DNA of 11,852 nucleotides from a candidate division WOR-3 bacterium (GTDB lineage: Bacteria; Hydrothermota; Tepidihabitantia; SM23-42; JAOAFX01). Position 1 is the stretch's first letter. The number at the start of each line of letters is the position of its first letter. The stretch is from assembly GCA_037444665.1 (NCBI GenBank), contig JBBILZ010000064.1, positions 1 to 11,852 of the forward strand, given 5' to 3'. Positions 1-7,143 of this stretch are shown here, piece by piece. The translations under genes and the position numbers were made by a program. Below the pieces are notes generated by a model. That model worked only from the letters and a program-made list of their open reading frames with translations. It ran no database searches and was not told the DNA's origin.

Positions 1-1371
1 AATAATTTCTTTTTTTCTGCCAATGATTATTAGATTCCCATCATCATCAAACTTGCCTTCATCACCAGTATGAAACCAGCCTTCGCTATCTATTACCTTT
101 GCTGTTTCTTCAGGTTTATTATAATAACCTTTCATTACATTTGGACCACGCACGAGAATTTCATTGTCATCAGCAATTTTTATTTCAACATTCTCAAATG
201 GTTGTCCCACTGTTCCCAATCTATTGTCCTCTACTGTGCAACAACAAACACAGGGTGAGGTTTCGGTTAATCCATATCCTTCAACAATATTAAAACCAAG
301 CACATAAACAATCTTTGCAATCTGGCGATTTAATGGTGCTCCACCGACAACAATGGCGCGGATTCTTCCGCCACCTATCTTTCTGAATTTTGCTCCGACG
401 AGCCAATCAAGAATTGCACATTTGATATTGAGCCACAGCGGGACAGACTTTTTTTTGTATTTTAGATTAGCACGCTCATTCAAATTTTTTATTGCGCTAT
501 ACACAAGTAAACGCATTAATGGTGAGCGTGCTTCAACTTTTTGTAGTGCTTTCTCATAAACCTTTTCTATTACTCTTGGTGTTGCCAGCACAACAGTTGG
601 TTTAATCGTTTCAGCATCCTGTGCTGCTGTTGAGAGGTTTTGTGCATAGCCGATTGTTCCGCCATTGAATAAGACTGTGTAGTAATTGCAGGTCCTTTCA
701 AACATATGGGCAAGTGGTAAATAGGAGATAACTACATCTTTAGACGTAAAATGGAACCGTTTTGCTGCGGTTATTGCATTGGAAAGAATATTACCGTGCG
801 AGAGCATTACGCCCTTTGGTTCACCAGTTGTGCCTGATGTATAAACAATTGTTGCGATTGAATCTGGTGAGATGCTTTTATATTCAATATGCTCGCTGGG
901 TGTTTTCTTCATATGTTCAAATTCAATAAAATCATCTTTTTCCGCTCCAGAAGAATCAAAAATAATTATTGCCTCAAGGCCTGATACTTTATCTTTGATA
1001 TTTTTAATATGCTGGTAAAGTTGGAAATTTTCTACAAAAAGAATTTTTATCTGGGCGTCTTTAAGGATATATTCAACCTGTTGAATGGGTAAAAAGTGCT
1101 CAGGCATATGGTACATTGGAACAACAATGGCACCAAGTTTTAGAATGGCAAGGTCAGCCATTGCCCATTCTGGACGGTTATATGAAATTATTCCGATGCG
1201 GTCTCCCTCTTTTACACCGGCGCTCTTTAGCCAGGTACTTACTGAATCTACTGCATCACTCAGTTCCTGGTAAGTGATTTTATGGTACTGATTATCTTTA
1301 AAATAACCAAGCGCGCATAGATTATTATGTTTTTTTACTGATTCTAAGAATGCATCATAAAGGGAGTTCAT
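1..1371 (-). CDS. fadD: Long-chain fatty acid--CoA ligase (AMP-dependent synthetase, FadD15-like), 3' end truncated by the window edge
   Basis: Not in the ORF track because it has no stop in the window. Manual translation from ATG 1371 (GGAGG upstream; ATGA overlap with the stop of the upstream gene) gives MNSLYDAFLESVKKHNN...GDRIGIISYNRPEW...IVYTSGTTGEPKGVMLSHGN (AMP-binding P-loop)...SYLPLAHMFER...EGYGLTETSP...GDEGKFDDDGNLIIIGRKKEII. Confidence 0.93.
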   Translation of the reverse strand, partial: MNSLYDAFLESVKKHNNLCALGYFKDNQYHKITYQELSDAVDSVSTWLKSAGVKEGDRIGIISYNRPEWAMADLAILKLGAIVVPMYHMPEHFLPIQQVEYILKDAQIKILFVENFQLYQHIKNIKDKVSGLEAIIIFDSSGAEKDDFIEFEHMKKTPSEHIEYKSISPDSIATIVYTSGTTGEPKGVMLSHGNILSNAITAAKRFHFTSKDVVISYLPLAHMFERTCNYYTVLFNGGTIGYAQNLSTAAQDAETIKPTVVLATPRVIEKVYEKALQKVEARSPLMRLLVYSAIKNLNERANLKYKKKSVPLWLNIKCAILDWLVGAKFRKIGGGRIRAIVVGGAPLNRQIAKIVYVLGFNIVEGYGLTETSPCVCCCTVEDNRLGTVGQPFENVEIKIADDNEILVRGPNVMKGYYNKPEETAKVIDSEGWFHTGDEGKFDDDGNLIIIGRKKEII

Positions 1372-2498
1372 CTTTCCTCCTGTTTAATTCCTGATTGTTC
1401 AAACCGAGCGAATGCTTTAAGAAAGAATAAAAGAACAATACCGGGTACTACAACCCATACTGGCCTTTCTAACCACCAGATTACGATATTGTCTGTGGTG
1501 TGATGTCCAAGTCCAATCTGGTAGAGTAGTAAAAATGCAAGCAGATAGGCGGTCAGGTGCCAGAGGTAAAGGGTCATAATTGTTCTATTGGCAAGGATGA
1601 CCAAAATCCAGGGAGTTACTTGATTGAGCCATTTATTTATATTTTCTCTTAATAGCATTGCCAGCCCAATGAGCCATAAAGAAAGCATAATGATACACAT
1701 AGTTGGTGGGTTCATATTGGAAATTTTTTCAAATCCAGTACCAATCATACTTTTTGGATAAATGCCGATATTGGTTAGAATAATAAGTCCTGTTAGCCCG
1801 CTCAATGCAATTAAAAATTTTTGCCATTTCTTTATATAAACGAGTGTTCCATCTTCGTAGAAGAACCCGAGCTGGTGCACAAAGAGCCAGACAAAGCAAA
1901 CATTGAGCCAGGCAATTCCTGAAATCTTAAATTGGAAACGGACAATATCTACAAGCGCAGTAAAAATTAACAGAACCAAAGGGATTAATATTTTATAAAT
2001 CTTGTGTAATGTGAGCATAAATGGCGCAATGATTGTTACAAAAAGATATACACCAAGAAACCATAATGGCCCTATTGTGGCAATGATTGCAATTTGATAT
2101 TTTCTCCAGTCAGGTAAAAAAGAGACCATAAGGACGATGATAATAATCCAGATGAGCAAGAAAAAAATTGTGGGTTTGAGCAATCGTATTGCGCGTTTTT
2201 TATAGAACATACTTAGTGGTTCGCCCCTACTTTTTATTACATTTAAGGTTCGCGCATTTGAAAAACCACCAACAAAAAAGAATAGTGGCATAATTTGAAG
2301 TAGCCAGGTGATTATCCATAATCCAGAAATCATTCCTACTGCATTGTAGACCTTTATTCCATGTTCAGTTCGCAAAACCACTGCACTCAACCAATGCCCA
2401 ATTACTACAACCAGGATACTGAATGCCCGTAAAAAATCTACATATCGGTCACGGGTTGCAGGTGTCTTTTTTGCGATATCTAACAAACGCTCGTGCAT
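1368..2498 (-). CDS. Acyltransferase family 3 (OafA/AT3-type) multi-pass membrane acyltransferase
   Basis: 376 aa with about 10 hydrophobic segments. N-terminal RDRYVDFLRAFSILVVVIGH (AT3 R...H motif), MPLFFFVGGF, GPLWFL and TLYLWH are typical of the AT3 family. Confidence 0.88.
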   Translation of the reverse strand: MHERLLDIAKKTPATRDRYVDFLRAFSILVVVIGHWLSAVVLRTEHGIKVYNAVGMISGLWIITWLLQIMPLFFFVGGFSNARTLNVIKSRGEPLSMFYKKRAIRLLKPTIFFLLIWIIIIVLMVSFLPDWRKYQIAIIATIGPLWFLGVYLFVTIIAPFMLTLHKIYKILIPLVLLIFTALVDIVRFQFKISGIAWLNVCFVWLFVHQLGFFYEDGTLVYIKKWQKFLIALSGLTGLIILTNIGIYPKSMIGTGFEKISNMNPPTMCIIMLSLWLIGLAMLLRENINKWLNQVTPWILVILANRTIMTLYLWHLTAYLLAFLLLYQIGLGHHTTDNIVIWWLERPVWVVVPGIVLLFFLKAFARFEQSGIKQEER

Positions 2499-2518
2499 TA
2501 GTTATTGTCTTTATTTTA

Positions 2519-2546
2519 ATTATAAAGAATATTTATTGTTTGTCAA
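2519..2546 (-). promoter_or_regulatory. Sigma70-type promoter for the acyltransferase-fadD pair
   Basis: Minus strand reads TTGACA (2546-2541), 16 nt, TATAAT (2524-2519). Both hexamers are perfect consensus, and the -10 lies 20 nt before ATG 2498. Confidence 0.75.
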
Positions 2547-2606
2547 TATTGCCAAATACTGAATCCTCTTCACTTTTATTCCCTGTTTGATATTTTTAAT
2601 ATTATA

Positions 2607-2628
2607 GTAGTTGCCTCATTTATGAGGC
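2607..2628 (+). repeat. GTAG-type REP-like palindrome, copy 1 (also terminator-like)
   Basis: GTAG-TT-GCCTCATTTATGAGGC followed by TTTTTATTTTT. It is 20/22 identical to the reverse complement of copies 2 and 3. Confidence 0.7.
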
Positions 2629-2683
2629 TTTTTATTTTTGTTGAAAATTTTTTGGTCTTGTATTCTTTTCCTGACCATAAATC

Positions 2684-2827
2684 ATGCTGTTAATCGTCCT
2701 TCGTTATACGGTTACGATACCCGTTTCGTCAATCGTCAAGAGGTTAGGTCATATACACAAATAACCATGCCCTTGACCGAAACAGGCATCGTTGCCATAG
2801 CCTTTTACCCATTTCTTTTAACCACAC
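2684..2827 (-). ncRNA. Candidate structured RNA or ssDNA rod (long imperfect inverted repeat with a purine-rich internal bubble)
   Basis: Arms 2707-2732 and 2773-2799 pair at 21/26 Watson-Crick positions plus 3 G-U pairs on the minus strand. An outer stem 2684-2693/2818-2827 gives 9/10 pairs including G-U. Paired by hand; no family recognised. Confidence 0.3.
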
Positions 2828-2910
2828 CAGCTTCCACACTGTATAACCTATAACCATACTAACTGCTCTGCCTATTACCGTAGACCTGCGTTTTACCAAC
2901 TTCTGATATG

Positions 2911-2984
2911 ATGCCTGATAAATCAGGCAACTACAATTGGGGGAGGGAAGGTATAATGCCTGATAAATCAGGCAACTACAATTG
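2911..2984 (-). repeat. Tandem pair of GTAG-type REP-like palindromes (copies 2 and 3)
   Basis: Exact 29-bp direct repeat ATGCCTGATAAATCAGGCAACTACAATTG at 2911-2939 and 2956-2984 (45-bp period, 16-nt spacer). Each has the palindrome TGCCTGAT-AA-ATCAGGCA and reads GTAG-TT-GCCTGATTTATCAGGC on the minus strand. Confidence 0.85.
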
Positions 2985-3045
2985 CACGAACAAGCGGCTT
3001 TTTCCAATGGCGTGAGTTAGGCGGATTTTTCAGTTTACAAAAGGA

Positions 3046-3073
3046 TTGACATTGAGAAAAAATAAATTAAAAT
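3046..3073 (+). promoter_or_regulatory. Sigma70-type promoter for the xerC operon
   Basis: TTGACA (3046-3051), 16 nt, TAAAAT (3068-3073), 11 nt before ATG 3085. Confidence 0.65.
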
Positions 3074-3084
3074 TATACGGAATT

Positions 3085-3960
3085 ATGGAAACAGAATATC
3101 TTGCTAATAAGATTGGTGATTTTATTGTCTATCTAAAAAAAGAAAAAAATTATTCTTCCCATACACTGAGAAATTATCAAAGTGACCTTGAACATTTTTT
3201 TGAATATCTCAAGGAGCAGGGCACACAGATGTTTGATAAAAATAGTGTTTCTCAGTATATCAGTTTTTTGATGAAGTATGGTCTTGATGCCCGTAGTGCG
3301 GCAAGAAAGCTTTCCGCGCTCAAAACATTTTTTAAAATCCTGAAACGGCTCGGATTAATTGACAAGAATCCCATAATCGGCATCAGAACACCCAAACAAA
3401 AAAAACATTTACCGGGATTTCTTTCCTATGAGCAGATAAGGCAGGCTTTTGATATAGCCAATGTCCGCGACCGTGCAATAATGGAGTTGTTATATTCCTG
3501 TGGTTTAAGGGCAAGTGAACTTGTGGGGTTGAACCTTGAGGATATTGATTTTAACAGGGAAGAGGTGAGGGTGAGGGGCAAGGGCAGAAAAGAACGGATA
3601 GTTCCTCTGGGCAGGCTCGCCCGTCAGGCAATAATAAAATATCTTACTGAAAGGAGTCAGCAGATAAAGTCAAGTAATCCTCCTGCACTTTTTCTTAATT
3701 ATCGTGGCGGTCGTTTGACAACCCGTTCATTACAGCGAATTGTGCACAAATATTTGATAAGATTAGCCAGTGCATCAGGAACTAATCCCCATGTGCTACG
3801 CCATACCTTTGCTACACACCTTCTTGAAAATGGTGCAGATTTAAGAGCGGTTCAAGAATTACTCGGACATGCCTCCCTTTCTACGGTCCAGATTTACACC
3901 CATCTGACAGTCAAACGTTTAAAAGATATTTACAAACGAACCCATCCAAGGGCAGAATGA
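3085..3960 (+). CDS. xerC: Tyrosine recombinase XerC (XerC/XerD family)
   Basis: N-terminal domain YLKKEKNYSSHTLRNYQSDL and SAARKLSALKTFF. Catalytic motifs LYSCGLRASEL, VRGKGRKER, HVLRHTFATHLLENGADLRAVQELLGH and QIYTH. The ORF-track start (TTG 3046) coincides with the -35 box, so ATG 3085 is preferred. XerC versus XerD is not fully resolvable by eye. Confidence 0.88.
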   Translation: METEYLANKIGDFIVYLKKEKNYSSHTLRNYQSDLEHFFEYLKEQGTQMFDKNSVSQYISFLMKYGLDARSAARKLSALKTFFKILKRLGLIDKNPIIGIRTPKQKKHLPGFLSYEQIRQAFDIANVRDRAIMELLYSCGLRASELVGLNLEDIDFNREEVRVRGKGRKERIVPLGRLARQAIIKYLTERSQQIKSSNPPALFLNYRGGRLTTRSLQRIVHKYLIRLASASGTNPHVLRHTFATHLLENGADLRAVQELLGHASLSTVQIYTHLTVKRLKDIYKRTHPRAE

Positions 3961-4394
3961 AGATTTGGGTTGAATCTCATAAGATTGTTGTCATACTTAG
4001 TTTTCTATTATTTTGCTGGTGCCACAAAGATATCTGGTATCAAATGAGGCATAATAATTTTGAACTTGTAGAAAAAGGAACCTATCGTGGAACCCTCAAA
4101 TATATGCCCCAACCCGGACAATATGAGAAGCTTGTGAATAAGTATCGCCGGGAGATTGAGAATAATCTTGACCTGCTTCCTTTGATGACAATGCAACATT
4201 TTCCTGTTAAAGAGACGCTGGTCTATCAATATAAATTTACCTGGCTTGATGAGGAGAATAATTTTCTGGTGCTCAGATATTTCGCCCATATTTTTAATGA
4301 CCCAATCTATGCTGGTTATCAAATTCTCTTTGTCTATGATACATCTAATAACAGAATAATAAAAATCTATGTTTCTGAAGTGCCACTTGAGTAG
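3957..4394 (+). CDS. Hypothetical protein, probably exported or a lipoprotein
   Basis: 145 aa, ATGA overlap with the xerC stop. N-terminal hydrophobic stretch IVVILSFLLFCWC. No family recognised. Confidence 0.7.
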   Translation: MKIWVESHKIVVILSFLLFCWCHKDIWYQMRHNNFELVEKGTYRGTLKYMPQPGQYEKLVNKYRREIENNLDLLPLMTMQHFPVKETLVYQYKFTWLDEENNFLVLRYFAHIFNDPIYAGYQILFVYDTSNNRIIKIYVSEVPLE

Positions 4395-5697
4395 CATTCT
4401 TTTTGTTCTGGTCTTTTTACAACAAACAAATAATCTTTCTGACTCATTGCTCTTTGATAAAGGGTATAAAGAATTCTTAAAAAACGAATGGGAAAGTGCT
4501 GAGAAGTATCTACGCCAGCATTTTGAATTGTATCCTGCCTCACGATACCGGGAACAGGTTCTCTACCTGTTGGGTGAGACAAAATTTAGACAGGGACAGT
4601 ATAGTAATGCAATTGAATACTGGGAGCATTTACAAGAAAAATATCCAGAATCATCTTATAAAATGGAGGCTATTAAAAAGATTGGTGATGCATATTTTAA
4701 TTCAGGTAAATATGACCTGGCACTCAAGGCATATAAAAAGGTGAAAAATTTTAATCCCGATAAAAAGATATTGCTGGAAGTCAACTTGAAAATAGAGGAG
4801 TCGCTCTATTATCTTGGTCAGTATAAAAGTTTGATTGATGCACTCTACCATTTTATTGATGCCAATTTAGATACTTTTGATTCAAGCGGTATTATTACGA
4901 CGACAATGATGAGGATTATGCGGATTCATCTTGATAAGAAAGAATACTATTCAGCCCTGGTGCTACTTGACAGATTACAGGAAACATATCCTGAAACTCC
5001 CATAATGTGTGAGGTGCTTTTTAAACGGGCGAATATTTATAAATTGCTCGGCGACCGGAAGGGATACAAAAATGCGCTATTATCACTCGTGGCAAAAGGG
5101 AAAAGATCTGAGCTTTACACCTATGCAGTAATAGACCTTGCCAATCTCTATCTTGAAGAACAGATATACGATTCTTCTTTATATTACTGGACTATTTTAT
5201 CCAGAGAAAGCGAAAATTATAATGACCTTGCTTTAAAGCAGATTGCAGAAATATATTACAAAATTGGTCAGAAATTTGAAGCAATCATTGTTATTCAGTC
5301 TTTAATAGATAAATTTCCACATTCAAAGTTCATTGCTGATGCCTATCTTTTGCTGGCAGAAATTTATAAGAGCGAAGGTGATTTTCAACAGGTTATAAAA
5401 ACTTTAAAAGAACTGCAATCAAAGACTGAATTAGAACCTGCCATTCTCGTGAAAATAGGAAATATTTATTTTGAAATACAGGATTATGATGCAGCGCTTG
5501 AAACTTATTTGATGGCAAGTGAGTCTTTCAAAGACCAGAGGGATGAATCTGCCCGTGCCCTGATTCTTGCTGGTGATGCTGCATATGCAAAAGGGGACAA
5601 AGTTAATGCCCGCAAGCATTATCTACATGCTCGGCTCATTGCACTTTCTGAAGAGGTGAAAAATCTTGCCGGGTTAAAAATAAATCAGTTAGAGTAG
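4369..5697 (+). CDS. Tetratricopeptide-repeat protein, likely periplasmic (BamD/CpoB-like repeats)
   Basis: Repeated TPR units such as YPASRYREQVLYLLGE, YPESSYKMEAIKKIGDAYF and FPHSKFIADAYLLLAEIY. Hydrophobic N-terminus SILFVLVFL. The true start may be the in-frame TTG at 4387. Confidence 0.85.
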   Translation: MFLKCHLSSILFVLVFLQQTNNLSDSLLFDKGYKEFLKNEWESAEKYLRQHFELYPASRYREQVLYLLGETKFRQGQYSNAIEYWEHLQEKYPESSYKMEAIKKIGDAYFNSGKYDLALKAYKKVKNFNPDKKILLEVNLKIEESLYYLGQYKSLIDALYHFIDANLDTFDSSGIITTTMMRIMRIHLDKKEYYSALVLLDRLQETYPETPIMCEVLFKRANIYKLLGDRKGYKNALLSLVAKGKRSELYTYAVIDLANLYLEEQIYDSSLYYWTILSRESENYNDLALKQIAEIYYKIGQKFEAIIVIQSLIDKFPHSKFIADAYLLLAEIYKSEGDFQQVIKTLKELQSKTELEPAILVKIGNIYFEIQDYDAALETYLMASESFKDQRDESARALILAGDAAYAKGDKVNARKHYLHARLIALSEEVKNLAGLKINQLE

Positions 5698-5707
5698 ATT
5701 ACTACAC

Positions 5708-6379
5708 TTATTTTGTTTTTTCTTCTTCAATGTGATGTTTAATTATACGCGCCTGGCTGATATAGATTGTATCCTCACAAATATTTGTGGAGAGGTCAGC
5801 AATCCGTTCTAAATTTTTGGCGACAAGAAAATATTGTATTGCAGAGCCAATCTTTTCTGGTTCTTCAAGCATATATGTAAGCATTATCCTGATAATCTCA
5901 TTGCGCATTTCATCCACAGCACTATCTCTTTCACAAATTTTCTGTGCCCTCACTGCATCATTGGCAATAAAACTTTCAACGCTTTCTTTTAGCATATCAT
6001 TTACGATTTTTGCCATTGTCCAGATGTTGGATACAGGTTTAACGCGTGGCTGGTCTGCAAGAAAGTTCACGCAGTCCGCGATATTCACTGCATGGTCTCC
6101 CATCCGCTCCAGGTCATTATTCATTTTTATGACACCGATGAGAAATCTTAAATCAGAACCAACGGGTTGATGCCGTGCAATCAATTCTATGCACCTTTCT
6201 TCAATTGCAATTTCCATTTTATCTATCTTTTTATCTATCTCTCTAATTTCGTGTGCCAATTTTAGATCGCGTTTTTTAAGGGATTCCAAAGATTTAGTTA
6301 TTGATTCTTCAACCATTGCCGCCATATTGAGGACTTCGTTTTTCAAATTTTTTAGTTCATCATCAAAAAAACTTGCCAT
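5708..6379 (-). CDS. phoU: Phosphate transport system regulatory protein PhoU
   Basis: Two PhoU repeats with HQPVGSDLR, DLERMGDHAVNIA and NLERIADLSTNICE. GGAGG ribosome-binding site upstream; last gene of the pst cluster. Confidence 0.96.
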   Translation of the reverse strand: MASFFDDELKNLKNEVLNMAAMVEESITKSLESLKKRDLKLAHEIREIDKKIDKMEIAIEERCIELIARHQPVGSDLRFLIGVIKMNNDLERMGDHAVNIADCVNFLADQPRVKPVSNIWTMAKIVNDMLKESVESFIANDAVRAQKICERDSAVDEMRNEIIRIMLTYMLEEPEKIGSAIQYFLVAKNLERIADLSTNICEDTIYISQARIIKHHIEEEKTK

Positions 6380-6393
6380 TACGCCTCCTATTA

Positions 6394-7143
6394 TTAACCA
6401 AACCGTCCGCTGATGTAATTAAATGTTCTTTCATCAGTCGGATTGATAAAAATTTTCTTAGCTTTATCAAATTCAATCAATTCTCCTAAAAGCATAAATC
6501 CAACTTCATCGGCAATGCGTGCTGCTTGCTGCATATTGTGGGTGACAATGATGATTGTATAATTTTTTTTCAATTCAAATAATAATTCTTCAATATGTGT
6601 AGTAGCAATTGGGTCCAGGGCAGAGCAGGGTTCATCCATCAATAATATTTCAGGTTCTACTGCCAGCAGACGGGCAATGCAGAGCCTCTGCTGGCGCTCA
6701 GGAGAAAGATTGAGGGTAGGTTTTTTTAAAATATCTTTTACTTCATCAAACATTCCCACTGCCTTTAGTGCGCGTTCCACTATACCCTCAAGAACTTTTT
6801 TATTTGTTATTCTCCATACCCTTGGTCCGTATGCGATATTATCAAAAATTGAAAGCGGAAATGTGTTGGGACGCTGAAAGACCATTCCTACTTTTTTTCT
6901 TAAGAAGATCAGGTCGCACAAAGGTGAATAGATATCTTCATTATCAACAATAACACTGCCCGTAATTTTAATATTCGGAATCAAATCATTCATTCTATTA
7001 AAAACGCGTAAGAGCGTGGACTTACCGCATCCTGAAGGTCCAATTATCCCGGTAATCATATTTTCTCTAATCTCAAGGTTAATGTTTTTTAGTGCCTGAA
7101 ATTTGCCATAAAATAGATTTAGATTGTTAGTTTTTATTATCAT
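6394..7143 (-). CDS. pstB: Phosphate ABC transporter ATP-binding protein PstB (copy with a degenerate signature motif)
   Basis: Walker A GPSGCGKST, VGMVFQRPN, Walker B/D-loop LLMDEPCSALDP, VTHNMQQAARI and C-terminal YISGRFG. The signature reads LSPERQQ instead of LSGGQQQ. Confidence 0.94.
   Translation of the reverse strand: MIIKTNNLNLFYGKFQALKNINLEIRENMITGIIGPSGCGKSTLLRVFNRMNDLIPNIKITGSVIVDNEDIYSPLCDLIFLRKKVGMVFQRPNTFPLSIFDNIAYGPRVWRITNKKVLEGIVERALKAVGMFDEVKDILKKPTLNLSPERQQRLCIARLLAVEPEILLMDEPCSALDPIATTHIEELLFELKKNYTIIIVTHNMQQAARIADEVGFMLLGELIEFDKAKKIFINPTDERTFNYISGRFG

Noticed and set aside
1310..1335. dif-like sequence AGCGCGCATAG-ATTA-TTATGTTTTTT
   Set aside because: The central spacer is 4 bp rather than 6, each arm matches E. 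coli dif at only 8/11, and it lies inside the fadD coding region.
2707..2799. DGR template/variable repeat pair
   Set aside because: The differences between the arms are not adenine-specific, the arms are short and inverted, and there is no reverse transcriptase in the window.
2638..2853. 71-aa plus-strand ORF in the intergenic region
   Set aside because: TTG start within a T-tract, no RBS and no recognisable motif; it overlaps the hairpin. Not excluded, but unsupported.
2911..2984. Mini CRISPR array (two 29-bp palindromic direct repeats)
   Set aside because: Only two copies, the 16-nt spacer is too short, there are no cas genes, and a third copy lies in inverted orientation with a GTAG tag, which fits a REP better.
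2744..3007. 87-aa minus ORF with a repeated NCSCLIYQA and a RAYT-like KRLWQR
   Set aside because: The peptide repeat is just the translated DNA repeat. No HUH motif or YI..NP motif accompanies WQR, so a transposase remnant cannot be supported.
2743..3960. Integron (GTTRRRY sites at 2743-2749 and 3016-3022 next to a tyrosine recombinase)
   Set aside because: The recombinase lacks the IntI-specific insertion and looks like chromosomal XerC. There is no RYYYAAC partner at attC-compatible spacing and there are no cassette ORFs.
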